Source of the DNA: Epithemia pelagica
Taxonomy: Eukaryota > Protista > Bacillariophyta
Assembly (NCBI GenBank): GCA_946965045.2
Contig: OX337234.1
Span: forward strand, 1,302,001 to 1,366,000
Length of the DNA: 64,000 nt
Direction of reading: 5' to 3'
This document shows, in pieces, positions 19,810 through 32,468 of this stretch (within the stretch, counting starts at the first letter, position 1; each line of letters begins with the position of its first letter). The notes beneath the pieces were generated by a model, which did not search any database, was not told the DNA's origin, and saw only the letters and a program-made list of their open reading frames with translations. The translations under genes and the position numbers were made by a program.

Positions 19810-21216
19810 AGCTCCTCCATAATATCTCTCGATCGGTATCTCAACTATTGGCTTCCTCTCGTTGCGGATGCGGATGAGATCCAGCAATGGATACCTCCTC
19901 CCGATGTTGCATGGTTGCGGCATTGCCATCGATTGTCACCATTCCACTACCAATCGTACTGCCGAAAACGATTTGGAAAGGTTGCGGAGACTCTGGAACC
20001 CTTTTCTTTTCAAGTCGCTGACGCAGAAGACGGTACCAAAGAGAATCACACCCAAAAGACCTGGTATTCGCCTTTTCCAAATGAACCGTTCTTTCTCGGA
20101 AAGGCAGACGTTACAATGGAATATAAGAGCGGACTCTCCCGCACAAATACCGAGATGGATGGTTTTGATTTGCTTTCTAGTGCAAGACGCCATTCAACAT
20201 TCCTGTGGCGAACCTCGCAGCCACGCTTCAAAGACCCAGTCTTCCTGGAACAAGGAGTTGAACAATACTATCAGTTCCTGACTTTAAAAAATGAGAGCAA
20301 CAACCTGTTTCCGCTGATTCCGACCACTCAGATTGAACTTATTTGGCGTACCCACAATGCGTCTTCGGTCGCCAAGTATTGTGAAGACTGCATGGTGATT
20401 CGGGGAGAGCCATTTAGTCCAGATGACTCTTTCAATGATGTTTCATCGGTGGAGAGCGCTTTTCAAGAAACCTGCCGTTTATGGAGGGATACTTACGGGG
20501 AGGATCTCATCGTCGACGAAAGAATGCATCGTGGAGACCCCCCTCCCGAGTTTTATGATCCATTGTGGGATTCAGAGGCTTTGACAATCACAGCCACAAC
20601 AAAAGGCTCAACAAAACTTGCTGGTTCTACCTCGAATGGAAAGCAGAATGTTGGTCTCGACGACAAAGGAACTAACAGTCGCGAGGACATTTTGTGGAAA
20701 CGCGCTCATCCGGTGAATGATACATTTATTCCATATTTTCCCAAACGTAACGGTCTTTTTGTCAATTCAAATCCCCAGAAGGAAGGCTATGTGTTTGGAA
20801 CTGGTATTATTTGGGGTGTTGGATATTATTCGTTCGGGACAAAGGACGCCTATGTGATCCTTCACAGACGACTCGTCAAGGTGGAAGAAAAGTTACAGAA
20901 GGAATACGAACCAAATTGTTGTTCTTGCTTTGTTCGTCCAAAGACGGAAATCGAACATGATATTGTGAGAACGATTGCAATGATTGCCTATTTTGAAGCT
21001 CGACTACTCACCAAAGGACCACAAGTACCACTTGCAGACGATGATATGAAGAAGCGTTGTTTCGGAGCCTTGGAAAGGTATAACCTCGAACATGACACTC
21101 CCTACGTCAATGGATATTGGATGATAACAGGGAATCATCGTGGAAGCGAGGAAAACCAAGACCCAATTGTCCAACAGGCATATCAAGTCGCTGCTTGTAC
21201 GGCAGAAACATTGTAA
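19810..21216 (+). pseudogene. 3' part of the GRDP/DUF1399-like (glycine-rich domain-containing protein) gene
   Basis: SLDRYLNYWLPL..WIPPPDVAWLRHCHRLSPFHY, then a second repeat DLLSSARRHSTFLW..YYQFL..LIPTTQIELIWRTH..DDS. These are the two repeats typical of GRDP1/2-like proteins. Confidence 0.8.
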
Positions 21217-21659
21217 GTCTTGTTGCACAAAAGGTTTTGTACAACAAGTCGTTCTAACACTAGCTTGGGAATGTGCATTTCCATACTCCGATTCGCAGAG
21301 ACTTCGAAGAGACAGGATATATTGGATGTGTCGGTGGTGGCTGGCGAATGTTGGGTTGCGTACTGTATGAACTTATGAGCTTGCATTAATACGAGAGAAC
21401 CAGTGCTTGCAATGCGTTGCTCCTTCTAGAGTGGATCGGTATCTCGTTGTTAGTTGAAATAATGATTTCTTCTCGTGTATCGAATGGTATTTTGTCGTCA
21501 CTGTATCAATCCAAGTGCTTCTCTTTGTTGCACGAGGGACGTGAATTGTGGCCTTCTATAGAGAGTCCTGGCTTCCAAGGTACAATCACCTAGTATTGCT
21601 TGTCCACGTAAATAGCAGAGAGTGGAGAGAGGTTCTATGAAAATCATCGCCAGCATGTC

Positions 21660-22020
21660 TCTTAGAATAACATTTGTTCACTGGGAATCTCTGAGCAACA
21701 GATCCTCCACTGCTTGAGTTTTCTGCAGGCGGTTTGGGAAGCAATGGCGCTCACGGAGGCGATGGTGGGGAGGTTGGCTTGTATGTGGTACAAGATGATG
21801 TCTATTTGTTAATGCGTGTGGAGGCCTGCCACCCCAAAGATACATTGGCCAATCCACGTACTGCAGGAGGGATGGGAGGATTGGCTGGTAGACACGGAAA
21901 AGGAGGGATAGGAGGACGCGGCGGTCGTGATGGGAGCTCCTATTCTTGGACGACTACACATGAAACAAAGACGCAGTATCACTGTAACCCTGGTGGTTGT
22001 CAAGGGCAAAATGGATCAGT
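21660..22020 (+). pseudogene. Duplicated fragment (intron 2 + start of exon 3) of the DnaJ/Gly-rich gene
   Basis: GSNGAHGGDGGEVGLYVVQDDVYLLMRVEACHPKDTLANPRTAGG parallels GSNGARGGNGGKVDLYLEQDDVYLLMRVEGCHPQETLANPRTAGG at 24979. The upstream intron sequence (GGAATCTCTGAGCAA) is also shared. The fragment has no start and ends prematurely. Confidence 0.85.
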
Positions 22021-22035
22021 TTGGGAACGAACTTG

Positions 22036-23643
22036 TCAGTCAACAAAATTACTAGTTCTTCTACCTGGTACCTCAAACCCACCGCGTTGGAGCTTGTCTT
22101 GTGTTGATGGGGGTTGGCCGTCATGAAAGCTTTCCAAAACGGCCTCAGTCAATGGCAATGGATCGTTGTACCGATAATAGTTCTGGAAACTGGAGAAGGT
22201 TGCAAGGCCCCTTTGACGCTCAGCTTGTTGGGACCGCTCATCTTCTGCTACTACATCAATCGAAGGATATGCACGCTTGGTTCCGTATGTCGTTTTTGAA
22301 TTGGGCCTGGCTTTCGATTTATTCGTTCCCTGTGGACGTACGCGAGCGCTTTTTTTGGTAACGACGTTTTGCACTTGAGAATCAAGTGAATCCCCAATAC
22401 ACAAGCCTATGTCCAGAAATTCCTCTTCAGTGAGATCATTCCTAGCAGAAAGTTTGTGTAGCCATGTTATAACGCATATCATACGTCCGGGTTCAATTTC
22501 GCGATGCGAGAGATAGGCCTTGCTTTGTCTTGGAAAATGTATCAACACATGAAGACATAGACCGTCGCACAGTACAGAATATATCACTTGAGGAAGCTGT
22601 TTGTCCTTCCGTAGTAGAGCCTGTGACTTGGCAAGTGACTCAGCAAGAAGTTGCGACTTACAGTCCATTGCTGAATGTTTCAATTCCATTGCCTGCTTTA
22701 TTTCAATATGATAAGCACAATGAAGAAAGGCTTGATTTGAATCTCCCGCAAATGACTTGTGGCAGACGACGGCATCACTTTTTATCGAAAGCTGATGCGA
22801 GGTGCCAGTTCCTCCTGAATTCTCAGGTTTCCCCGCTAAACACAGGTATTCGTTGCACACTTCAACCGAGACAATAACGGCATTCATACCCACAACATTA
22901 CAGACTCTCATGTTACTCTCAGCCCCTTCTAGTTCTTGTACAAGGCCACCCAATAAATGCAAAAAGAGAGCTTGAACTTCTGACTCCACCAACATTTGGG
23001 TTCTTAGTACATGTTGTATCATCTCAAGTCGCAGGGGGTGGTTGGCAAGGTTCCCAGCTTCAATACCAAGGAGTTGGCAGAATTCTTCATCGACCAAGCA
23101 TGGATCGCCCTGATGAACTACACCAGAGATGAGAGGATTGTGCCCGCACGAAAATCGTTGGCACTCAATCATTGTTTCACCATGACGGAACATCATAAAG
23201 TGAACCGAATCACCATCCAACTCATTTATGGTTCTTGTACTGAACAGTGCGTTCGAAGTAAGCGTTTCATAGGACTGCTCTAATCCATTGGTGGAATAGC
23301 CGGAGGGGTCCAATGATCTTGGGGTTTTGTATTGTTCCTCAAACAGAGAACGCGCAAGGAGAAGGTCCGTTTCTCGTGGACTGATTGTTAATTTCGAAAG
23401 TGTCTGTAGCTTGCGCAGGGCCTCGGTTTGGGCAATGAGTTTGGCAAGATATACCGCCCCTTTCTTCAGTTCATTGAGAACCTTTTCCTTGTTATGTTTC
23501 GAATCCAGAATCTGCTGCAAATCATCCTTTGTGAATTCTTGTTGAACACTTGTCGGCAAACCGTCGTACGCAGCGTTGACCTCATCCTCGTACTCAACTG
23601 CCGGGAGGAGACCCAAAAGTCGTGCCGCCGGGGAAAAGGCCAT
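22036..23643 (-). CDS. Crinkler-like restriction-endonuclease-fold (PD-(D/E)xK) protein
   Basis: KSDAVV...HIEIKQ...QLLAES resembles the D..ExK..Q..E active-site pattern. Helical N-terminus; single ORF of ~535 aa. Confidence 0.55.
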   Translation of the reverse strand: MAFSPAARLLGLLPAVEYEDEVNAAYDGLPTSVQQEFTKDDLQQILDSKHNKEKVLNELKKGAVYLAKLIAQTEALRKLQTLSKLTISPRETDLLLARSLFEEQYKTPRSLDPSGYSTNGLEQSYETLTSNALFSTRTINELDGDSVHFMMFRHGETMIECQRFSCGHNPLISGVVHQGDPCLVDEEFCQLLGIEAGNLANHPLRLEMIQHVLRTQMLVESEVQALFLHLLGGLVQELEGAESNMRVCNVVGMNAVIVSVEVCNEYLCLAGKPENSGGTGTSHQLSIKSDAVVCHKSFAGDSNQAFLHCAYHIEIKQAMELKHSAMDCKSQLLAESLAKSQALLRKDKQLPQVIYSVLCDGLCLHVLIHFPRQSKAYLSHREIEPGRMICVITWLHKLSARNDLTEEEFLDIGLCIGDSLDSQVQNVVTKKSARVRPQGTNKSKARPNSKTTYGTKRAYPSIDVVAEDERSQQAERQRGLATFSSFQNYYRYNDPLPLTEAVLESFHDGQPPSTQDKLQRGGFEVPGRRTSNFVD

Positions 23644-24015
23644 GCTCAATCAACCAGAGCAGAAGAGGAGGGGAAAAAAGGAGAAAAAAGAAGACAAGAA
23701 GAAGAAGACAAAAAGGAAGAATATTAGTGAAAGCTCGAGTCGCGCGCGGTTTGCGCTTGCACGTCTCGAGCGGTTCGGAAGAAGATCTATACAGACACGA
23801 CACAACAACAACACGGCAACAAAACAAAGGTAACTAAACCAAAAAGGCAACCCGTAATCAACATGTTTCATATCCAAAAGACCCAATCGCACCTTCTTCT
23901 GCCACAATCATCTAGAAGGCAGAACGAGAACGACTTCACCGCTCCTGGAAGATAAATCCACGGGCAACCATATCACCGATATACACAATCGCGGTAATAT
24001 ATCACGGCAATAACC

Positions 24016-27000
24016 ATGAACGAAGACGACAATGCATATGAAATATTGGGAGTTCCGAGAACGGCCACGAGGGCGGAAATCAAAATGGCCTATATCAAGT
24101 TGTGTCGGGAATTTCATCCTGACCGCGGAACCTCTGAAAAGGACATACAAAGACGCACTTTGAAAATGTTTGCCTTCAATGCCGCCAAAGATATCTTGAT
24201 GGATGAAGCAAAACGCAAGGAACATGATGAATTTTTGAACGATCGTGAACAAGGGGGCACAGGAGATCGTCATGAACAAGGACAAGGCTTTGCCGACACA
24301 TCTGAGAATCCAACCTTTCGGCGGCCCAAACCACGTCCTTCAGGGCTGGGTGTGCCCTACACCTGTTCGGAAACCACGTGTTATACTTGTTACACCGATG
24401 GCATGGATGGCGAAGATGCTATTGATGGACGCAGAGGAAGTGATGGAGATTGGAAAGGAGGTCATGGCACGGACGGTTCCGATGCATCCCCGGCCAGTGA
24501 AGGAGCACACGCTAGAGATATGGAAATTCGCATGCGAGTGGGAGTCCACGAGGGAGGATACTTTGAAGTTGACATTCAACATTTTCGTGGAATGGGAGAA
24601 ATTGTCGATTTGTCTCGCTCCGACAATTTCAAATCGATTCCACTCAAGGCCTTTGGAACACTTGATTGGTCCGCAAAGGGGGGAAAAGGAGGAAATGGCG
24701 GCCGCGGAGGGGATGGCGGCAACGGTATGTTCACTTTCCAGTCATTTGTATCATGGCCAGGTACATGCACTCTTCTGACAAACTTCGTATTCGTTGTCTT
24801 TGCACCTTAAGGAGCCCCTGGCTATAACGGACGAGATGCCACCCGATATTCTAGCGGTACAAACGGCGGGCCGGGAGGGAATGGAGGGGATGGTAAGATT
24901 TTTGTACATTTGTTTACTAGGAATCTCTGAGCAATAGATTCTCTACTGCATAAGCTAACCAATTTTTCTGTAGGCGGTTTGGGAAGCAATGGCGCTCGCG
25001 GCGGCAATGGTGGGAAAGTTGACTTATACCTGGAACAAGATGATGTTTATTTGTTAATGCGTGTGGAGGGCTGTCATCCCCAAGAAACATTGGCCAATCC
25101 ACGCACTGCCGGAGGAATCGGAGGCATGGCTGGTAGACACGGGAAAGGAGGGATAGGAGGGCGCGGTGGTCGTGGCGGAAGCTCCTATTCATGGACGACT
25201 ACCTCATATCATACATCGCATGAGACAAAGACACACTATCACAGTAACCCTGGTGGTCGTCAAGGGCCAAATGGATCAGGTGGCTATACACCTACTCGCA
25301 TTTTGCACAACGGAGAGGATGGCACACATGGAAAATTTACCATTAAAGTCAGCCAAGGGAATGGAGCTATATTCAAATACGAATCGCGCTACAATTTGCG
25401 ATTTACATCTTTCTCGAGTGAACGTCTGTCCGAAATGATTGCCCCCCGAACGTTCGAATTTGGAGAAAACGTTATGGTGTCTCATCTTAAAGTTGTCAAT
25501 ACGGGAGGTATGCCAAGTCCCAACCAACGAGTCATGCTTTCATTTGGGCCAACATCGGGTTTAGATTGTGACAAATCTGGTCGCTTGTTCTTGGCTGCTC
25601 ATACTAATGTTCGGCCTGGAGACAACGGCCTTGCAGAAGAAGGACATATGGAGTTTAGTTGCCCTTATCCCTCGTCGGTGACGTCCTCGGCGGGAGATGA
25701 GGTCGCCCGCCGACCTAGTAATGTCCCGGATTTTGATCCAATCAGGGAAGAAGCTCGCATCTGCTTCATGGCCTATCAATTGGGCCATGAGAACAATGCC
25801 ACTGATGTCGCGCAAATTTCTGATTTCCAAGCGCGCTATCTTGATTTTCAGGAGCAAGATACAGTTGTTTACAAAGCCTATCCGATCGAAAACCCCTATG
25901 GAATACAAGGCTTTCGATCGTTGGCTCCCATGGAAACTTCTATTTTGGAATTTCCTATTCGAAGTACTACTCATCAGAGTTTAGGAGAAGATTCGGCGAC
26001 AGGACGGGTTTTAGTTGTCCAAATTTACTACGCAGACAATCAACGATACGAAATCCCAATCGAGAACATTTGTGTGCGTGCTGAAAATGGCAGGACCGTG
26101 GATGTTAATCCTGCCATGTCACTTGTTGGCAAGGGATATCGCTATCAAATTCGGAATCTTCCTGCAGGCCGAGACTTTGTCGTTCGAGTCTCTTTCAAGC
26201 TCAACGACAAGAACATTGAAGTATCGGAAAAGGCGGGTTTGCAATTTGATATGTACCTTCAAAAGATACCCCAGTTGCAGCATACTGGCGAAACTGAAGA
26301 GACTACACGGAAACAGTTGGTTCAAAGGCGCTTGTTTGTCGCAAGTTGCCAACCTCGTTTCTCCTCGCATAAGCAGGAAAGGGATGTCCTTTTGGTCACC
26401 ACCACAAGCACAACCTCCCATCAGGTACGGGCTTGGAAAGCCTTGTTGTCGCGTTTGGGTTTGAACATGCAGCACTATTCTCTATCTCGGTACGGTCACT
26501 TGAATCCGCAACAAGAAGTAGAAGGTGAGACCTTTGGCAAAGCCTTGGAGAAGAAACTAGTCATTTTGTTGAACGACGAGTTTGTTCCCAACCCAAACGC
26601 GGCTGGACATGAACGGCATTTTAAGTGTCGCCCGTCAAAGCTCTTCAAAAGCACTTTGGATCATCCAGAGTCGGCGAGATTCCTTTTCGTGGGAGGAAAC
26701 TTGAACAGTACCAGTAACTCGGACATGGAACATTTATCTCCTCGATTCTCCGTTTACCATACACGACAAGTTCCTCATTCCAAATACAGCAACATGAAGG
26801 AAGGTGTCGCCGCTCTACGCACACGTGTGGCTCACGAAAGGGCAAATGGCTTTGTTGCGAGTGGTGATCAGTGTCGGGAAGGCCCTCGTACCTTCGAAGT
26901 TTGTCTCAAAGCCAAGATGCTTCTGACGCCATCCAGTAAACGCATTGCGCGAACGGCTAACATTCGAGCCAAACGTCTCGAGCGCGTGCTTCGTGCCCAA

Positions 27001-28224
27001 GATCCTCTCCGGCCGTACAACGTGACGGTTATGCCCCAAAGTACATCGACACAAGATAGGAAAGGTCCTTTTCAACCACGCCAAATGGGACGTTTACTGG
27101 TTTCTGTCGGACCTCCGCGATTCCAAAACACTCTTGCTGTTGTTGAAGAGAGTGGAAAGGGCCAGTTGGCTGCGCCAAAAGCAATTGAAACTGCTTCAAT
27201 GGCCTATGCAGTCTTTTACGACTCCTCTTTGGATACAAAGTTACATCATTACTGCCGTTGTCTCTCAGCTGCTTCTCCTCAAGACACAGCCAATGAAGAA
27301 TTGTTGACGGTAGTGAAAGATTGTTTGGTAGGAGATTTTGTGGCGGAACTGTCTGACTATCACCATGGTCGCTTCAATGTTGTTGCTGAAAAAACGCACA
27401 GAACGACAAGCTCTGATGCAGGGGATTCCAAGAAAGCTGGGACGAGTGGCACCGCAACAAAGGAGGCAGATGGCCCATCCATATGGGATCGATCTCCCAC
27501 TCTCAAAGGCCTTCGCCGTTGCGAAGCTTTGAATACAATCTTGCTGGGATCAAAGCGCCAGACGGAAAGACACGGCAAGAACAATGAAACAGGACATTTG
27601 ACCGAGTTGGTGACTCGGCATTTGTCCTTGTTGATGGGTGCTCTCGAAAGTGTGGCTTGGACAAAGGATTTACGACCATGGTGGAATCCCTTGAGTCGGA
27701 AGCATCGGGAACGTCGGCAAATGATTGAAGTTCTTCGCGCCTTGAAAGATCATTGGGAGGACGTTTTGGACGATGATATGGTTGAGGAGCAACACAAATG
27801 CTTGGACATTCAAGCAAAGGAACTCTTGCAAGAACGAAAGGATACCAAATATATCATGCTGGGCATTCGTGGCCGATGGCGTGCTGCATTGGCAACGTTA
27901 CATTCACCTTGGAATAAAACCACTTATCCCCAAGATGATTGCTTTCGTGGTGCGAGTCTTCGCGTCCGTCGCGAGTGGGAACTTTGCCGAGGCACAAACG
28001 ACAAGAGCAATCGCGGTGCTGGTGTAGTCAGCAACGATCACAGCAACCGTAGCAGCAAGATCTGTGTCAGTCCCAAGGTGAAAAAGTTTGTCCCCGCCTC
28101 AGTGACGCCGATGCAGCGGTCGTTGGCCCAAAAGGCAAGTCGCCGTGATCAAGATTATCGCCAGAGCATTCAAGCTGCAATGGAAGCAGAGTATGAACTT
28201 TACGTCCGACAAGAGGATGAATGA
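24016..28224 (+). CDS. DnaJ-domain protein with Gly-rich (collagen-like) repeats and a large unknown C-terminal region; 3 exons (24016-24724, 24812-24892, 24974-28224)
   Basis: J-domain AYEILGV..YIKLCREFHPDR. GT-AG introns at 24725-24811 and 24893-24973 (branch point GCTAAC) keep the frame through the GGxGGxGG repeats. Confidence 0.8.
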
Positions 28225-28617
28225 ACGAGGCGAGAATATTTCCACGGTCTCAGAATGAATCATGGCTTTAATGGATTCACCTTTACTTGAAACCTGATTG
28301 CGTAAGGTAATAGCTTGTTGTTCAAATCTTGTTTGTTGTCCTTGTCGTCCTCTTTCAAAGTCTGGAGGCATTTGTGATTCGGGCAGGCCATTAAACTTAA
28401 CTGGAGCTGGAGGCGCTGTCGGCAGTTGCAGCCATGTCCTTTTGCCCGTCCGACGTCATCTGCTTTCCCGACTACATCTTGTGGTTGTACCCACTACTAC
28501 TCCACAAAATTTCCAACAATGCGATCCTACAATACAAAGACTGCAGACATGACAATAACGTTCCAGAACGTGCGATCACACGTCATTCCTTAGAGAGCAG
28601 TACAAGCTTATAGCATC

Positions 28618-30393
28618 CTAGTATCCGTATTCTTCTCGTCGTCGCGGAGCCGCCTTAATGATATCGTCGACACGGAGAATCATTTCGGCCGCTTCCGATG
28701 CGCTCGTGAGGGAGTACATTTTGGATGCGTACGATTCCCGAATACCCAATTCTTCCATATCTCCTGTGGTACCTTTTGCCATGTCCAGACCAGCTGTGCA
28801 ACTAGACTGGTCGGCCTTTTCGGCAGCGGCATGAAGGGCTCGGAGCTGTGTCACCAATTCGGCCGCATCGTATCCTCCATTGTCGGCCACAATGGCTGGG
28901 ATTTGTCGGAGTGCTCGAGCAAAAGCTTCCATCGCCAGTGCCTTTTTCCCGGGTGTTTCGGCGGCTGCCTTTTCGACTGCGGCAGCCATGGCGATTTCGG
29001 TACAACCACCTCCGTACACTGTGCGTGGATCTTTGACCGTGGAAACAAGAATGGCCAAAGCATCATGCAAGGATCTCTCGGCTTCGTCCAGCACATGCGT
29101 TGAAGCACCTCGCAAAACAATGCTACAGGCTTCTCCTGATTTGCAACCCGAGAACCGCAATACTTTGTCTTCTCCAATCATGACTTGCTCAATCAAGTCA
29201 CATTCCCCCAATACCACTTGATCCGGTGCATCAAAGGTACTCACCACATCACCACCAAGGACAGCCGACAAGCGCTCTACTCCATCAAAGTCAGCGTGTT
29301 CAATCGCCATGATGCCGCGTTCGGCAAAGATGGACTCGGGTAGATTGTAAATAAGCTGTCGATTGATGAAGCAATTCATTCCTGGATGCGCCAAGATTTT
29401 GTCCACCTTTTGCCGCATTTTGGCCTTTTCCGCAACTTCAATGGCCGCAACCTTATCAATGGAATCCACCTTGACGCGGGAGCCGTAGATTTTGATCTTA
29501 TCCGTATCCATGGAGGTGTTGGCAATGAGAATTTTGGCCTTTTCGACCCGTCGCGGTTGGCCGGTTCCTGGTACCTTGTCCAACAAAAATCCAGATTCCA
29601 GATAGGAATCCTTGAGCGACCCACCTGCTTTCTTCAAAACTTGAATGTGTTCCAGATTGTTGCTCCCCTTGAGCCGCATTACGGCATCCACGGCCAATTT
29701 CGCAAACTGCTCCTTTTCATAGGTTAACAACTTGCTGGACAATGTCGTGGAGGCAATCTGTAACAATTTGGAACGAAAGGATTCTTCGTCATTCTCATCT
29801 TTATTGCGAATAGCAGTGGCTTGGTCCAACAATGCCTGGAGTGCATGTTGTCTCGCCAATCGCCATCCATAACAAATGGTTTGTGGATGAATATGCTGTT
29901 GGTTCATGAGTTGTTCAGCTTCTCGCAACAGCTCACCGGCCAATACAGCCACACTGGTAGTTCCATCTCCCACTTGATCGTCTTGTACCTTGGCCAGATC
30001 CACCAAGATTTTGGCGGCCGCATTGTCGACGGGCACCTGTCGAAGAATGGTGGCTCCGTCATTGGTCACCGATACACTCTGGTCGTGAGGATCCACCTTT
30101 TGCAAGATCTTGTCCAATCCCTTGGGACCCAATGTCGTTTTTACCAAATCCGAAATGGCAATGGCACCCACAATCGAAGACAATCGCGCATTTTCACCCT
30201 GTCGTACAACGAGACAACAGGCACAACATGGTCAGTCAGTCCAACAAACGAATGAGACTCGGTGTTCCGAAGAATACAATCCAGTAGAATCTTGGAATAG
30301 ATCTCGAGAGAGATCAGCACAAAGCGCTTTCTAGAGCAACACGAAACGAACCTTATCAATGGAAGTTCCCTCGGATACAAACGCAGTCTCCAT
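28618..30393 (-). CDS. CCT2: T-complex protein 1 subunit beta; exons 30393-30352 and 30198-28618
   Basis: [14 protein letters not shown]|[59 protein letters not shown]-terminal [14 protein letters not shown]. 153-bp GT-AG intron. Confidence 0.96.
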
Positions 30394-30731
30394 CTTGGTA
30401 TTGCTCTATTGGTCTTTCGTCGTCGCTGGATGGGAAGATTGGCGGCGTCGAAAACGAAGCGAGATGAATGATGCAGTAACATGATCGCTTATGGGTCGCT
30501 TTAATATTCGGTCGCTGAACGACGAACTAGCACAACTTTCTTGGTTCGCCATAGACTAGGAGAAGGAGTTTGTCAATGTTCAGGCTCCAAACAACACCAT
30601 GTAACCCCCCACCACCACCATGGATGGCAATTGCCTGATTATAAGTAGCACTCGTGTCTCTTTGCGAAGGAGATGCTCTCATGCAAAAGGGAGAACGGAA
30701 CAGAAAGTGATCCGGCACGCACAACCTTCCG

Positions 30732-31724
30732 TTACAGTCGACAACGAGGTGGAATATCCTCAAAACGAGGATTGTCATCTTTGGAGAGCGCAGCCAGCAT
30801 GGCCTGTTGTGCATCCGGAGCCTGTAAAGCCAATTGATTGTACGATGCAATTTGATCCAGTCCTTGCGCGACGGAATGATCACGACTGTAGAGGAGTGCT
30901 CGTTTCGTTCCGTGGACCGCCAATGGACTATGAGAGGCAATCGATTGACAGAGACGCAACGCTTCTTGGTACAAGGGTGATGATACGGCGGAATTGTTGG
31001 TTCTGGAAGACGAAGAAGAAGAAGAAGAAGAAGAAGGAACGATTCGTGATACCAATCCCATTTGCAAGGCCGTGTCGGCTGTAAAGGAACGTCCCGTGTA
31101 ACAGAGTTCGTGCACCAACGATTGGTTCCCAACCAGTTTGGGCAAGCGTTGGAGGGTTCCCACGTCAGCCGCAAGGCCTACGGCAACTTCTTTTACCGCA
31201 AATATGGAATCGGCCGAGCAGAGCCGTACTTGTGTTGCTGTGATCAAATCGATCGCTCCTCCGACGCAGTTTCCATGGACTGCGGCCACAACCGGAACCG
31301 GACAGTTTTCCACATTGGTAAAGGCTTGTTGCATATCTCGTAGTTTCTGTTCAAAGGCTATTCCAGCACGTGCAGTATCCATGTCAGTGTCGTTATTGTT
31401 TGTGCCATCATCCATAAATGGCGTAAAGAAGGACGTATCTTGGACGTCAATGCCGGCACAAAACGATGGTCCATTTCCAATGAGCAAAACACACCGACAG
31501 GGCGAGTAGTGAGGAGAGACCCCGATTTGTGAAAAGAGAGTACCAATCTCTTTCCACATGCGGGCATTCAAGGCGTTGTGTTTTCGAGGTCGATCCAACG
31601 TCACGATGAATATCTTACTGCTACTGTCGTCCTTTTCGTGGTTTGGGGTCAATGGGACGGATAATCGAAGATAGCGATAGTTTCCATCCATCGGATGGAT
31701 CTTTGTAGGAAACAAGTTAGCCAT
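30732..31724 (-). CDS. ECH1: Delta(3,5)-Delta(2,4)-dienoyl-CoA isomerase (crotonase family), probably peroxisomal
   Basis: LDRPRKHNALN, SFCAGID, PVPVVAAVHGNCVGGAIDL, EVAVGLAADVGTLQRLPKLVG. C-terminal CRL fits the PTS1 consensus [SAC][KRH][LM]. Confidence 0.85.
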   Translation of the reverse strand: MANLFPTKIHPMDGNYRYLRLSVPLTPNHEKDDSSSKIFIVTLDRPRKHNALNARMWKEIGTLFSQIGVSPHYSPCRCVLLIGNGPSFCAGIDVQDTSFFTPFMDDGTNNNDTDMDTARAGIAFEQKLRDMQQAFTNVENCPVPVVAAVHGNCVGGAIDLITATQVRLCSADSIFAVKEVAVGLAADVGTLQRLPKLVGNQSLVHELCYTGRSFTADTALQMGLVSRIVPSSSSSSSSSSRTNNSAVSSPLYQEALRLCQSIASHSPLAVHGTKRALLYSRDHSVAQGLDQIASYNQLALQAPDAQQAMLAALSKDDNPRFEDIPPRCRL

Positions 31725-32302
31725 GAGATGTATTGGTTACCCACTATTATCCGACTCTATTGTATTTGTTTGCCGCGTCGTCTCATGGTGGTGATTGCGG
31801 GGGTCACCGGATGGGTCAGGGGGCGTGTTATTATGGTATCATGTTTTTGGGGGGCAGGTCGCTCTTGGGTCGGAAGTTGGGGAAATCGGCCCTACTATGC
31901 ACAATCAGGGTTTAATGGCAAAAACTAGGTAGGTCTCTAGGGTATATTGTACTCCTAAGGAACTTTTTCCAAGTTTCCAAGGGGGGATGCACGAGGATGC
32001 GACCACTAACGGAATGGACATCACACACTACCTAATTATTGGATGATAGACTTGATTCATGTTATCTCTTAAATCTCTAGAGATCCAGAGCTGCCATATC
32101 TCTCTGGTCAATGCTTTCAAGAAACCTGGTGCCTTTTGGATATCGGAGACAAATTGTGGGCGACGATGTTGGTACGAATTGTGCGTCTGTCAATGTCACA
32201 TATGGGGCATATAAAAATTTAAACGCGAGCCCGCTCATATCGCGATGGCCCGCTCGATTCGGGTTGGCCTGCTCGATTCTTCTCATATCGGGCTGGAATG
32301 CA

Positions 32303-32468
32303 CATATCGGGCTAGCCCGATCATATCGGGCTAGCCCGATCATATCGGGCAAACACCGTGTAAAATCACATAATAAAATGCACAGATCGGGCTGGCCCGA
32401 TCATATCGGGCTAGCCCGATCATATCGGGCTGGCCCGATCATATCGGGCTAGCCCGATCATATCAGGC
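32303..32468. repeat. Tandem array of 19-bp units built on the palindrome ATCGGGCTAGCCCGAT
   Basis: Two blocks (2 units and 4 units, plus half units) of ATCGGGCTRGCCCGATCAT separated by a ~35-bp AT-rich spacer. Degenerate copies occur upstream from ~32230. Confidence 0.92.
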
